Below, piece by piece: positions 39,617 to 54,591 of a stretch of DNA of 64,000 nucleotides. The notes under the pieces were generated by a model. The model made no database searches. It was not told where the DNA came from and saw nothing but the letters and a program-made list of their open reading frames with translations. The stretch is taken from assembly GCA_951406725.2 (NCBI GenBank), contig OX597823.1, forward strand, positions 109,182,001 through 109,246,000, given 5' to 3'. Position numbers and translations under genes: made by a program. Source of the DNA: Octopus vulgaris (lineage: Eukaryota). Each line of letters opens with the position of its first letter. Position 1 is the stretch's first letter.

Positions 39617-41125
39617 ATACACACACATATGTATAAATGAATGCGCACGTGCATATGTATTGCACTTTATTGTCATGTGTCACTCTATTCACCCAATCGG
39701 ATTACACCTAGCTTGCCGCCCCATTGATTCGGCATAAAGTTATAAGTTCAGCATTGTTTCTTTTTCTTTCTCCATACGATCATCAATTTCCCTCCTCAAT
39801 ACGATTCACTTCTTCCCAAAGAATGGAGAGTTGTAACAGAACCATTTGCTTCGAAATTTCCAAGATCAGCTTCATCGTTCTTCCAAGATCGTTCTTCCAC
39901 AAGGATTAGTCATTCCAAGCGCCTATACTTCACAAAGGAGACGATCATTTTTGTTGATGCTTGTTTGAAGAGAAATCCCGTTGCCTGGCTCACCTTCTGG
40001 CTCTGTTAGCAACGGAACAACAATGGCTGCTGAAAGCGTCTATCATATGCTTCCATTTTAAGCAGGATTTCAACAGCTGTATTTTAACAGCCTTGCAGAA
40101 TCGTTCTTCTTCAACTGACACTCACATCGTATTTTGGCTCAGAAGCCTCTTGTCCTTTTCGTATTGTGATAGAGAGGTATTGTGCTGCTACCTACTCTGG
40201 CCCGTTAACGCAAACCCATCTACGCTATGTCTTTCTCGAGACTCTACAGCTTCAACAGCCTCCGCAGTTCTTCACATCTGCTCTCTTCTGCTTGACTTAT
40301 GCTCCTTGTAAGCGCTAGCTACTTCTGTTGCAATAGGATAGCATTCTTCTGAAATCCGTCAACAGCTGTTTTTCGAATCTCATATACCAAGTGAGGTCAA
40401 ACAATCAGAGGGAAGATGCGATACTGGTAAATCTGGACCTTAAACTTGCAAGGTAGACACAAGTTTTCATTGTGGATAGTCAGATATGTGTTTATTGGTA
40501 AAATTAAACACCTTTCTCAGCTCCGTCTTTGGTTTCGTGATGAAGGGTGGCATCTTTTTTATTACCAACTGTCAAGGGGGAAATACAGTACAACTTGCTT
40601 TTTTATTCAGCATAACACATTTGGACATAACTGGTTTGTAGATCTTATGAGCGCAAACGATATGTATGTCTTTTTACAATGCATGTGATATTATGAACGT
40701 GTGTGAGCGTATGTGTAAGGGAGTGTATGTATATGCGCGTGTGGGTATAAAGCTTGTGAACACTACGTAACCGTTGTTTTAGAAAATTTACGTATTACTC
40801 TGTAATGTGTAGAGGAAATTCGTGAAGAGAATTTGTGAAGCGTTAGCAAAGTTTCTTGCGAAGGTTTGGTTTGCTTATAAAGGTCAGAGACAGGCACATA
40901 CAGGACTCGTGGCTGGGGGTTATATCATTTAATTAAATAGTTCGGGCATCATTACACATGTTTTGGTGACCGTTGTAAGAGAGATATATAAAGCTTTCCT
41001 CATATAATATATATGTGCGTGAACATATTTACAGCATTAATTTCACTTACTTTCTCCCTGTTACCTTCTCTCTCACATATACAAACACACACACAAACTC
41101 TCCCTCTCTATCTCGCCCTTCATAG

Positions 41126-41168
<43 letters not shown>

Positions 41169-41189
41169 TGTGTTGGACTAATGGACTCA

Positions 41190-41530
41190 CGTTCTTTTTT
41201 TCATTCTTTCTCTGTTTGTTTCCTCGTATTCCTTTCTGTCGAAGAGCGTAGACTCGAAACGTAAAAAACTTTTCCATTTCTCCCGAGGGTCAAACTAATA
41301 CACTTGCTTGTTGTTCCTACACCTGTTATCGTCTTTGTTTTTGGATTTGGTTTGCAAGATTCTTTAAACGAGTTCGTGTGTTGAAGCATATTCTGTTGTG
41401 TCTGGGGAGAGTCATTCTCTTTTTGTGCCTTATTATTTAACACTCACACCGGTAAAATTTCCACTTTTTTCTTATTTTTATTGTACTAAAATGTCGTTGC
41501 GACTTGCAACCTTTTCAATAGATTTGACTC
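41190..41530. mobile_element. Repeat family C (Penelope-like), long copy with two opposed hammerhead-like motifs
   Basis: Inverted match to the 18414 and 24421 copies. Motifs at 41232-41267 (+) and 41486-41521 (-). Confidence 0.6.
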
Positions 41531-41559
41531 TGTCCCTTATTTACACTACGCACACACAC

Positions 41560-41590
<31 letters not shown>

Positions 41591-41741
41591 TGTATGTATG
41601 TATGTATGTATGTATGTATATATATATATATACAGAAATTCGGGGTGAGTACTTGATAATTGTAAGCACCTGTATATACCGTTTGGTGGTGTAGGTGGTG
41701 GAGTAAATTAATCAAAATAAAAACATGATGCCAAGGATTCA

Positions 41742-41819
41742 GCGGTACATATGTTTCGGTCCTTTATTAGACGGATTTATAACAATGCATAATGTGCGTC
41801 TGTGGCCTTCTTCAGCCGC
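41742..41819 (-). ncRNA. Minimal type I hammerhead motif (left arm copy)
   Basis: GCGG-CTGAAGA-AGGCC...GGACC-GAAACATATGT-A-CCGC. Confidence 0.6.
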
Positions 41820-42016
41820 GTACAACTACTTCTTTAAGGACATGTATTACATCAAAAATTCTTGGTTGGGGATGCAAATCCTCTCATTCGCGTACGACGT
41901 AATGCGGCAACAGCATAAAAATGAAGCGTCCATCTCGTTCTTCTCTCAATGAGAGGATTTGCATCCCCAACCAAGAATTTTTGATGTAATACATGTCCTT
42001 GAAGAAGTAGTTGTAC

Positions 42017-42094
42017 GCGGCTGAAGAAGGCCACAGACGCACATTATGCATTGTTATAAATCTGTCTAATAAAGGCCCGAAACATATGTACCGC
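42017..42094 (+). ncRNA. Minimal type I hammerhead motif (right arm copy)
   Basis: GCGG-CTGAAGA-A-GGCC...GGCC-C-GAAACATATGT-A-CCGC: stem I GCGG/CCGC, palindromic ACATATGT, GUA triplet. Confidence 0.68.
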
Positions 42095-42211
42095 TGAATC
42101 CTTGGCATCATGTTTTTATTTTGATTAATTTATATATATATATATATATTTATACATACATGCATATAAATATATACATATACATATATATATACACATA
42201 TACATATACAT

Positions 42212-42243
<32 letters not shown>

Positions 42244-43227
42244 GCATACTTACAAATATACACTTACATAGATCCAAATATACACATACATATACACACA
42301 CATATATATATATACATACACACACAAATATCATATATATTTAGATATAGATATATGTACATACATATATCTATATATGTATGTATATACACGTACAAGG
42401 AATGTATAGATATTAATCATAATTTTGCTGATTAATTAATTCATATATTTTATTATTATAGTATTAGCTCATTTATGAAATAATTGAAATATCAATACAC
42501 GAAGGAAGCAAAGGATGAAGACGCGAAAGTGTACGCCGGCAACAAACTACACCTCCGTACATACATAACGCCTCCGTACATATGGAAATACACACACACA
42601 CACATACACACACGATCACAATCACACACACATACACACATACGCACACACAAATAAACACGCAATTATATGTATACGAGCAGTTGGGTAACATTCTTCT
42701 AACTAAATTTTCACACGAAAATGTATTAACACGAATAAGCGCCAATCCGCATCCAGAGACACCAGCTTAACTGGCGTAACTATATAAACGTACAACTACT
42801 AAGACTATATGTAGATGTTCACGTATAAAGTAACACATAAAAGTAACATATATTACAATAGGCAGATACCGTATTTATACGGAAAACTTGAGAAACACGC
42901 AGAGATATTTACTGCAAAGGGAATGTGAAATTTAATTAAATTTACTAATTTCAGCTTGCGTACTTCATTTCTTCCACTATTGGTATTTAATGATTTCCTC
43001 CCCTGTACTGTGGTTGTATATGTACGTACACTCCCCCCCCCACACACACATACACAAATTTATGTGTATATATGTATATATATATGTATAGAGAGAGAGA
43101 GAGAAAGAGAGAGAGAGTGAGACAGAGAGATGTATGTATATATATGCATGGGCACATGCAGTATACCTATTTATACGTACATATGCACACGCAACCATAA
43201 ATGCATACGTATACGTATATATGTATG

Positions 43228-43285
<58 letters not shown>

Positions 43286-44475
43286 TATATATATATACAT
43301 ATACATACATTCATATACCTATATAATGTATAATTATATATATGACTATATATATATATACGTATATGTGTATCTATATTTATGCGTGTATATATATATA
43401 TACATATCTATCTATCTAGCTCTCTCTCTCTCTCTATTTTTCTCTCTCTCACTATCTCTCTCTCTATCTATCTATCTCTGTATATATGTATGTATATCTA
43501 TATGTTGGACAAATTATAGAAACGAAGAAAGAATGCATGCACCACCAACAGAATGCAAAAATATATTCTAACGTATACACTACATAAACATACACACCTT
43601 CAAATGTATATGGATATCAAGGAAAACACAAAAGATAACAAGTATGGAAAATTCTTTTTACAAAACGATCCTCCTTCCCCGCAAATTATGTAAGACTGAA
43701 AAACCATAATAAAAATTGAGGTCCATAATTAGTTTGGTTTTATCAGAAGATTTAAAAGGTGATTAGGGACTAATTTAGTTAAACACATTTTCTGGAAAAC
43801 TTCTAACTAGATGCTGTTGGCAGGTACATAACGTTTCTCCGAGTTTTATAAACTCTTTAACTGCTATTTTTCCTCGTACAACTGTTCTCTAGTGCGACTG
43901 CGTGCAACTCCCAAACACATGTACAAGCATACATAAATACGTATATATATATATATATATATATGTATGAGTTTCAGTGTGTATAAATGTGTTTTAGCGT
44001 ATAAATATTCAACTCTTTGGGAAAGGAATTGGCAAATTAACCGAAAATAGAAACAAACTGAAATCTAACCTAGATACTGTAACATAACATCGAATAACTT
44101 TATAATCATGAACAGATCCGCAATGCAGTACTATCGCACAGTCGTATGCTTTTCACATGCAGAGATACACACGCGTATACACATTCACTCATGCATATAC
44201 ATACACATGCACAAACATCTTATTTTTTCACATGACATTGTGCGTGTGAGAGTGCGTGTGCGCATGCGAGCGTCCTTGTGTCTGTGTTTCTCTCCATTAC
44301 ATTTTGGCTACTTATGTAGATTTATTTATGACCCATTAGCATCGCGGTTCGGGTAGAAGAGTCCAATAAGCTTAAAACTAATACTGACAATGATTTCGTG
44401 TACTAAATCCCTCAAGACAATATCCAGCATGGCCGTAGCCTAATCCCCGAAGCAAATCAATTACGAGAAAGGTTT

Positions 44476-44515
<40 letters not shown>

Positions 44516-46279
44516 TAAATATTTAAATATGTTCTAACTATTATATAGTTTTTATTATTTTTTTGCAATTTACTTTATCATTGGTATTTTATTGTTATTT
44601 TAATTTTAATATTTCTATTATATGTAATTTTCTAGATGGTGTAATTTAATTGTTTATTTTGAATTGATAAAAGGTGGGTTTTTTTCTAATTTATATAAAT
44701 ATATATTATATTCTGTGAAATTTGATTTAGCATTTCTAAATTGAATTTTTTTCCCTGTAAGTTAGGATTCATATTCCCTCAAGTAATTATTATATATATA
44801 TGCATGCACCCCACATGCTCAGTGTATGTAAATTAGATCCTACCTACAGTTTCCCTCTTTTGAATTGAATTCATAAATGTTTCTCAGCCGGAAGTTGTCG
44901 GCGAATGCATTGCCTCAAATATGTCTTACCTTTTCTGTAATATATTTAACCTTTTGCGAATGGTATTCGCTTTGAATGTCCCTGCTGGCAGACGTTGTTT
45001 TACGAGAAGTAATGAATTTTAAGAAACTTTTCCTCTAACTGTTAGAAGACGTTAAACCCATGTAACCGTATTTTATTATTTTAAACACCTGGCAAGATCA
45101 TTCATTGTCTCAATTTGGAAACAATCTGGATACGACATCTCGAAGAAAGGAAATGCCAATATTCCTACATACATGGTAGTACTTGCTGAAAATTTTTAAC
45201 CAGCAGAAACCGCATTCAGAGAAATTTTCTTGATTATCTCTGAAAAAGATATTATTCATATAAATGTAACTTCTGTTAACTGTGGGCCTGAATACATTTA
45301 ATCTTTATTAATGTTTAAATTTCAATTATTAAATGTTTCCGTCTATTTAAAATGTAATTATTTATGACGATGTCATTCGATACAAAGTTGTTTTAATCAT
45401 ATTATTTCTCTTATTCTACGTCAAAAATATAGCAGGTTTTCAATGTTACCTGAATTCACATCACTGAAATATCGACTTGGTTATAACTCTTACCGCTTCA
45501 CTATCGTTTCTCTTTAAAACACTACATCTTCCATACTTAGTGAAATGCGTGCTAACTTATTCCGAAAATCATACATTTTAGAGATTACAGTGAGTCTTGT
45601 ACTTCGCTGGATCTAAGAAAGGATTAAGGAAAAATGGTATCCGGATAGATTTGAACGCAGAACATAGAAATCAGTGTATACCACCGCTGTATTCATTAAT
45701 GCAGTCTTGTATCTTTATCAGAAAGCTCATCGGAATCAGACATAATACATGAGCGAGTATAATTTGTAATATGTAGTACACTTTCACCAATCTTTGCCAC
45801 AAATAGACACAGATACTTCTATACCCATCACCTTTGATATAGTTTAAAATCCAGCAATATTAAAGCATTGTTCCCCTTGTTTTTGTGTGTTGTATGTAGA
45901 TGATAATGCAAACATAAAATATCACAAGTTTCACCTTTGAATTGTTATACGTAGATCTCATAGTCTGCTTTCGTATGTTGCATAATATTTTGAGCATTTC
46001 CTCACGATTTTTCTGCAACTAATGCAAATTCACTTATTTATTATTTTTCCGTATATTTTGAAATACGTTTAGTAACACGTTGTCACGCTGCTTCCTTGCT
46101 TTAGCAGTCTGAGTTGCCGGATCGGAATAACCAATGTTATGATTTAAAAAAGGAAAAAAAATCGAGCTTCTTATCAAATATACAAACTCTGCAGATGTGC
46201 TGAATACAATTTTCTTTGTTTGTAATCACAGATGTTCATCAGTCCCAAAATATAATTCTACACACGCCATATGTAAATA

Positions 46280-46515
46280 TGTGTGTGTCTGTGTGCATGT
46301 ATATGTGCTTGTTCTCCATCACGACTTGACAACCGGTGTTGATGTGGTTAGGTCTCTGTAACTTAGTGGTTTGGCAAAAACAAAAATGGCCGATAGAATA
46401 AATACCAGGCTTTAAAAAAGAAATAAGTCTGGATTCGATTCAATCGACTGAAATTTCTTCAAGATTGAGTCCCAGCATGGCCACAGTCTAATGATTGAAA
46501 CAAGTAAAAGGAAAG
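46280..46515 (+). mobile_element. Diverged SINE family A 3' half
   Basis: CTTGACAACCGGTGTT...GATAGAATAAATACC...CAGCATGGCCACAGTC...GAAACAAGTAAAAG. Confidence 0.7.
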
Positions 46516-46631
46516 TAACACATACATACATGCATACATACATACATACATACATACATACATACATACATACATACATACATACATACATACATGCATG
46601 CATACATACATACATACATACATACCTACAT

Positions 46632-46701
<70 letters not shown>

Positions 46702-47008
46702 GTGCCTGTATATCTAACAAAGACCTCTTCCAGAACTTTAGATATCTCCTTTAGGTGATCATAAGCTACTGCATTTTACTTTATAATTGTTTATTGACGA
46801 ACTCAAATAAATTTGTATGAAGTTGTATTGTGCCCATTGACAGATATTCATAGGCGTTAATTCAGTGATCATCCCCTCTTTGTTTGACGCAAAGAACATG
46901 TAAAAATTGTACTGTGTGGGATACATTTATCGCCATCCATTTCTACATCGATTTTGCTTTCGTTCTGTTTTCTGAGGAACATCTTATTTGTATCTAATCC
47001 GAGAAATA

Positions 47009-47574
47009 TTGGCTTGCCCGGAAAGTTCGGGCCGATTTTTAAAGGAAAGAAAGAGCTCAATAGATACTTGCCATTACATTTTTAATCAACCAAATATGAA
47101 CTATTTTGTTGCACAATGGGTCACCATCTTTCCTTTAACTCGAAATTACCCTCTTCCCAGAACTAAGTTAGTTTCATGGCAAAGAATTCATCAAGGTATC
47201 TTTTTACGTCATCCAAGGAATTAAAATTTTTATCATTAAGACTATTCTGCAGAGACCTGAATAAGTGGAATCTGAAGGAGCAATACCTGGTAAATATGGA
47301 GGGTGGGGTAACACTTCCCAGCCCAGCTGCAGCAATTTTTGTCTGGTTCCTAAAGTATCAAGTGCCGAAAATTTACTTTCTTATCTTCCATTTTAAAAGG
47401 TTACAGAATTAACTCAGGTTATAGGAACATAAACCTTCTTCCACGAAAAGATAGATTAAACTGTGCTCTAAATGGAGGTGTAGTCAAATCCTATTTTATG
47501 GATTCAACCGTGTTCTAGAATAAGTCGAACGGTAAGCTACTATACATCTGCACGAACTTTCCGGATTAACCCAA
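47009..47574 (-). mobile_element. Internally deleted mariner with TIRs and TA TSDs
   Basis: TA|TTGGCTTGCCCGGAAAGTTCG ... CGAACTTTCCGGATTAACCCAA|TA. Minus-strand peptides MEDKKVNFRHL and GWEVLPHPPYLPGIAPSD.HLFRSLQNSL. Confidence 0.88.
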
Positions 47575-47683
47575 TATAACTATATTGACACCCACCTTCC
47601 ACCAAATATGCTGCTGCTGTTTTGCTTTAAAATAAAAATGAAATAGCAATATAACATCAATATTATTTGAAAAGTACAGCAAT

Positions 47684-47854
47684 GGCGCAGGAGTGGCTGT
47701 GTGGTAAGTAGTTTGCTAACCAACCACATGATTCCGGGTTCAGTCCCACTGCGTGGCATCTTGAGCAAGTGTCTTCTCCTATAGCCCCGGGCCGACCAAT
47801 GCCTTGTGAGTGGATTTGGTAGACGGAAACTGAAAGAAGCCTGTCGTATATATG

Positions 47855-47885
<31 letters not shown>

Positions 47886-48108
47886 TTGTGTGTCTGTGTT
47901 TGTCTCCCTAGCATTGCTTGGCAACCGATGCTGGTGTGTTTACGTCCCCGTCACTTAGCGGTTCGGCAAAAGAGACCAATAGAATAAGTACTGGGCTTAC
48001 AAAGAATAAGTCCTGGGGTCGATTTGCTCGACTAAAGGCGGTGCTCCAGCATGGCCGCAGTCAAATGACTGAAACAAGTAAAAGAGTAAAAGAGAGAAAG
48101 AGAGTAAA
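47684..48108 (+). mobile_element. SINE family A, full length
   Basis: Starts GGCGCAGGAGTGGCTGTGTGG; complete body and tail. Confidence 0.92.
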
Positions 48109-49949
48109 CCTGAATGAACACGTGTGACCCCTCAGTATGCTATGCATAGTAGCTAGATCTACCTCAAACCATCATTTACGTAATTAAATAAATACAGACT
48201 ATAAAACTAGATATAACTTAAAAGACGTGATGGTTGCGGTTGATATACTTCATTATCTGGTGTACCACACTGGGGGTGGCCTTGGGCTAAGTTACACTAG
48301 GAGAGTAATTTATTCTTGTCTTCTTATTAGCACATTAAATCTCTCTTTGAATAAATGGCTGGGCTTTTATTTCATTGTCATTGAGCCGCCCCTCCCTTTC
48401 AGAACCCAATTTCTTTAACAAACATTTGTACGTGTTTCTTTAATGAAACTTTAGAGAAAGGCACCACTGCATCCATATCTCTTCCTCCATTATATCACTC
48501 ATAAGTACATCTGGCAGACGGATAATGTTTCTGATTGCAGAGAATCATTTGAATAATTGCTAATTACATTGACTACATACTATTGAGTTTCTCAATATTT
48601 GCACATATAGAGCAATTTTCTTTAAACTATTTTGACCATTGGCGTCATGCTTTGATTTCCCGCCAATCTATGTGTACATTTGCTGACAAACTTTTCCCTT
48701 CCATTCTGTAGTTTCTCTGTTAGTTATATGCTGTGATTGTTATTAAAATTGTTTTCATGACTGAAATTGTAATAATCTCAGTATATAAAAGTGAATATAC
48801 ATTCGTATATTCTAATTTATAGGCTACAGTTTTGCACTTAAATTGCTGAAAATTTAGGCAGAGAGGATGCGTCGTGTTTTGTAACATTTTCTATAATTTC
48901 TTCTTTTGTCTCTTAGCTGGAAAACGACTGCATAGCAACAAGTACTACAATAAACCCTGGAAAATGTTACGGAAAATAAATATAATTCATTAAAACAAAT
49001 TCTATATCTCAGTACGATTTCTTGAATCGGTATCGTTTCCCAGAAAACGTATTGTTTTGTTTTTTTTTATATAAAAAAAAACAAAAGACTCTTGTGGATC
49101 TCTGTGAAAAGTGAGGATTATGAAGAAACTGTTGCTAGGGATAAGTCTCTATGTAGTCTCTCTACTCAACTACGCATCCTCTTTACTCACTAAAAACACG
49201 CAGTCAGATATCCTTAGATTCACTGGGTGATGTTAATCACTTGATATAAAGAAGATCGGCTACTTTTACGTATTGATATCCTCGATTAGGCTGGGCATGA
49301 TGCTAAACAACACCTGAAAATCAGAAGGCATTGAAGACGATATGAGATGCTAAAAGGTAGAAGCAGTTAACAAGACCAATGTTTGGAGCTGAAGATAAAA
49401 ATCGGGATTCTCTTAAACATCCGTGTTACTCAGAAATTTATATCTATAAGTAAGATTATTAATGTTATTGTAGTGGTTGTTTAGTCCTAGATAAACCTAA
49501 AGTTCGTATTTCCTATATAAGAAACTCTATTGCTCAATGTGTATCCGCATTTGATTTGTTACATGATGTCGTTATAATTTGCTGGCCATCCAGAATGGCA
49601 ATTATCAATGCTCTGAGGCTGGTGAGAAGAATGGAAGTGGCTATTGTTAGACTGGAGACTCATCCAAAAGGCTTGCATCAGAATGGACTCTATTAACGTC
49701 ATGCAAGAAATAAGTAGATGTGTTAAACCGGGCGACAGATGAAGTCTAACACCCAACAAAAATGTTTTCCAAGAGATTCTGTTAAGCAAATTTCACTCAC
49801 TAAGCCCTTTTGGAATGAGTTTATTGCTGAAAAGAATTCTCAAGATGTTACTTAGTAGGTTTGAACTCCAAAGCACATAGTCACGGAAAGCTCATTTCTT
49901 GAACACGCAACCATGTATACGTTCAGTAAGATGTAATTATTTTTTACTT

Positions 49950-50120
49950 GAGATACAAAACCAGCAAGTTTCAGCCGAGGGGCTTAGTTTATACTACCGA
50001 CCTTGGTACATGGGTGGTATTTTAATTTATTTGCTCTAGAAGTGTGAAAACCAAAGTTGACCTCAGCGGATTTTGACCTGAGAACCTAAAAACCCTGAAG
50101 AGATACCATATGGCATGTTT
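49950..50120 (-). mobile_element. Decayed SINE family D
   Basis: AAAGTTGACCTCAGCGGATTTTGACCTGAGAAC module. Confidence 0.5.
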
Positions 50121-52518
50121 CCAACGATGGATATCTAGCTGCTATTTCGAAGCAATTGACTGACCTCTCCTTGGTTTCCTTTAGATCATCTATCCCGTGG
50201 TTCCAAAGGTATGTCATACCACCCTCACCTATGAAGGTGTGAGTGAACCGTACATTTTAAGTTTAATTACAGCGACTATATATGTGCGAGTAAGGTTTCG
50301 GATCTGCTGTAATTATCCGAGTGCTTCAAGCGGGTGTTGTGCATGAAAGGTTTGGAAATACTAGTCTAACCACTCTAACCATTTGCGATTTGGTAAATTA
50401 AATGTAATTCATGACAAGAAATATAATTAATAAAATTTAGAGAAATTATTAGATTGTTGAGTCAGTTGACATTTATATGTTTTAACACTTAGCATATCGC
50501 ATTTCACGGTTGAAATCCCTGAATATAAAGCAATGAAAATGTAAAAATAATATCTGTTATTATAAATTTAGTTCTTTGCCATTGTTAGTCAGTTTTGTAA
50601 TGTAAAAATAAAGTTTCGATTTTTTGTTTTCTTCGCCATCCCCAATACAAACATAATTGTATTTTTAATCAGTTGTTTGAAATCTATTGCGCCTCTCTTG
50701 CTTTCCATTTTAAAAATATTTTTAACTTCATTGTTACAGTTCACTGATTTCAAATTTCCTCTTTTGACCAGCTAATTAATTGTAGAGACGCAATTAAAAT
50801 AACCGCAAACATATAATTGGCTTTATATTTAATAATTTCATATTATATTATTTTTCCTTATATATTTTTCCTTTCCAACAGAAGGTTATAGCTGGTTGAA
50901 TCTGGTCCAGACCGGACGGTAGTCAAAGCACAATCTCCCCACTCCTCCATTACTCGCCGCGCTAGTAGGATTTGAACTTGGAATCAAAATGAAGTAATAT
51001 AATGAGTCTGACCTTCTGAGTTAAGCCATTTTTATCCTTCTGTCGGAAATATATCTCAAAAACGGATTAATCAATCGATAATATTATCACCCACCTCCCG
51101 CCAACCCACCTCGAAGCTGAAAGTTAGTTGACCTTAGGATGCAAAAGGATCAAATTAAATAACATAATACGTGTAGTCCGGTTCTTTACCGTTTCTATCT
51201 TGCAGGATCTCTTCCGAACGGTGGGAATCTTAGATCGACCTCAGTAATCGATTTTATTGACTGATAATTTATAGACTAATAGCGAAAAGCAAAGTTTACT
51301 TCATCGTGATTTGAACCTATGATGAGAATGCGATCGATAAAGCCGTGGGAACGTGCATTTGTACGCGAAAGTACATCAGCTGTTGCGATCGATACTACGC
51401 GTACGCGAGAAAAATGCACGTGCAGCTTGCACAAAAAAGCCGGTTGGCTTGAAATAATGCCACAAAATGCAGTATATTTAAGAGACCAAAAAAAGTAAGA
51501 TGCAACAGAGATATTTTCTTCAAACTTAGCATGAAGGAAGGAAACACTATTTGGTTTCTCAAGAAGTATTTTTTTGCCTTAACTTCGTTTAACAAGACCA
51601 AAAATTTTATTGAAATAAAAGCATGCTTAATTAGTTTTTTATGAAAAGAACTGGTTAATCCATGTTTGTGTTCTCCCAGTCAACAGCCTTATCATTACTG
51701 GTACATATTTGTATGAATAAAAACGTTTTTCTGTGGAATGGAAAAAAGTCTATCTTTATTTCTTCTTTAGCTGGTGTCTCAATTTAGGTTAAATCAATGT
51801 TTCTCAAAGGGAAGGCTTATGGAACGGTCGGGCAAGTTGTTCTGAGAAAATTTGGTTTAGATGTTTGACAACTCAGCACCGTCCATTGGATGGGTGGGGG
51901 GCGTTTTACTCGTATATATATACAGATTACAGTTCCAAGTTCAATGCGATGTAACACGAATTTTTCTGATACAAATATTTCATCAGTTGTGGTAACTCAT
52001 GTGCTGCCTATCATAGACATATGAGTGGTGATGGCGCTTTGTAATATCATCCACCTTTACCACGTATAGGTTTTGATCCTGCAAAAATACCTGTAAAACA
52101 TCTCCACTGACCAAGCTCACTGGAAGTCTGAGTTTGTCGCCAGATTTTGGCAAAATGTATTCCACAGAGTTTCGGTGTTAAATTTCAACGAGGTGAACTC
52201 AACTCATGGATTATAAGCGCATGTTTATAGGCGTTTGAAAGTATGTGTATGTGCATGTGGGAATGTGCTTTTGTGTGACATGTGCATATGACTGGGCTTG
52301 TCTGTGACATGTGCGTGCAATTGTGAATGTGTACACGAGTAAATAAGTACTTCGAATAACAGAATACTGCACGGCTTTGAGTGCTGTCATTCCTCTCTCA
52401 CCAAAGCAAAACGATAATTACCGAATGAAATAATGCGTTGATATAATCGTTTGAAACTCTTGAGAACAGTACACCAGTAAGGCCGCACAACGTAAAATAA
52501 CTACAGATCTATCATAAA

Positions 52519-52912
52519 GCGCAGGTGTGGCTGTGTGGTATGTAACTTACTTACCAACTACAAGGTTCTGGGTTCAGTCCCACTGCGTGGCACCTTGGGC
52601 AAGTGTCTTCTACTATAGCCTCGGGCCGACTAAATCCTTGTGAGTGGATTTGGTAGGCGGTAACTGAAAATGCCTGTCGGATATATATATATGTATACAC
52701 ACACATATGTATATGTTTGTGCATCTGCGTTTGACAACATCGTTTGACAACCGATACTGGTGTCTCTACGTCCCTGTAACTTAGCGATTCAAAAGAGAAT
52801 AAGTACTAAGCTTACAAAGAATTAGTCTTGGAGTCAATTTGTTCGGCAAAAGGCGGTTCTCCAACATGGCCGCAGTCAAATGACTAAAACAAATAAAAGA
52901 ATAAAGGAATAA
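52519..52912 (+). mobile_element. SINE family A
   Basis: Head-to-tail match to family A. Confidence 0.9.
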
Positions 52913-53250
52913 AATATCAGATGATATTCCGCACAGTTTGACTTTAAATTTTACTGGTATAAACTTAAAGTAAACCATAGTTGCCTGTTATATAATTTAC
53001 GTCGAACCAATTAACTATACACATACTTATTCCACTGACCAGACTAGGTCTCGTACTTAAGTAATTCAATGACTCAAAGAATGTGTATAATATTATTTGA
53101 CTTTGCAAGAACGTTCATACGATCATCCAACATACAAGAAATAACAGCGGAACCTAGCTTCAATTACATTCTCCATCTTGAACAAAAAGGGCAAAGGCAC
53201 AATAAATAAACAAATCTAGATTATATTGTCCGAATGCAAAAACGGGATAC

Positions 53251-53651
53251 CCTTTACTCTTTTTACTTGTTTCAGTCATTTGACTGCGACCATGTTGGAG
53301 CACCGCCTTTGGTCGAGGAAACCGATCCCAAGACTTATTCTTTGTAAGTGCAGTGCTTATTCTGTCGGTCTGTTATGCCGAACCGCTCGGTTACTGGGAC
53401 GTAACCACACCAGCATCGGTTGTCAAGTGATGTTGGGGGCACAAACACAGACACACAAGCACACACACACACACACATATATTTATATACGACAGGCTTC
53501 TTTCAGTTTCTGTCTACCAAATCCACTCACAAGACTTTGGTCGGCCCGAGGCTATAGTAGAAGGCACTTGCCCAAGGTGTCACGAAGAGGGACTGAACCC
53601 GGAACCATGTGGTTGTTAAGAAAGCTACTTACCACACAGTCACTCCTGCGC
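53251..53651 (-). mobile_element. SINE family A
   Basis: Reverse-complement match to family A. Confidence 0.9.
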
Positions 53652-54507
53652 TTATAGTCACTGCTGATATAATATTTCACCATAAGTCTTTTGGATCAGG
53701 TCTGAATGTTCATACAATGAAAATGACGACAGTATGTATACAAAGGAAACTTAAAACAACCACATCAGGAATCATTACAGATTTTAAAAAAACATATAAA
53801 TAAGATTTTAGAATAATCATTAATAACAATTTAGAGAAAAAACATAATTTGGTGAAGGGTATTTTTAAAATAGTTTGTTTTTTTAATTGAAAAAATATTT
53901 TGAAAGCAACATTTGAGACAATACATTACAAAACAATGAAATATAATGAAAAAATGTAAATTTGTATCGGTTCTTGAACATTAGGAAAGTAAAACGTTAC
54001 ATTATTTTCTTTTTTGCTTTGTGATGAATATCTTTTACTGAGAAAGAAAAGAAAACTAACAATGACAAAATTGGTAAAAATTCAAGGAAAGATAAAAAAA
54101 ACAAAAAACAGATGGGTAAAAAAAGACAGATGAGAAAAAAGGCAAAACATTGAAAACATTAGAAAAATAATGAAGTGATATACTGAAATTAATTTGTAAA
54201 TACCTAATGAACAATTAAATAGAATTTGAAAGAGAATTGTGAAAAGGATGAAAAAAAAAAAACAATTACCTATACAAACATACTTTTGTACACTAATTAC
54301 AAAAAATGCGTAGTTAGAATGTGTAAATAAATTATCTAAAGATTTAGAGAAAGATTTAATAAAACTCCTATGAAATCTGTTCCCTTAGAATCATATATAT
54401 GTATATGAACATTGGGACACGTGAATATGTATATGTGTGTTTGTATGTATGTATGCATACATTCACGCACACAGACACACACACACACATACACACATAC
54501 ACACACA

Positions 54508-54591
<84 letters not shown>

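Larger units (their letters stand above)
41636..42132. mobile_element. Fold-back element: 185-bp inverted arms (41704-41888 / 41948-42132), Penelope-like
   Basis: Near-identical inverted arms, seen as twin ORFs MMPRIQRYICFGPLLD on both strands. 59-bp spacer, ~68-bp one-sided extension, flanked by (TA)n. Confidence 0.85.

Noticed and set aside
39700-40450. Possible old DNA-transposon coding remnant
   Set aside because: No unambiguous motif or TIR could be read.
51960-52170. Possible exon after a polypyrimidine...CAG acceptor
   Set aside because: All frames close quickly and no recognisable protein emerges.
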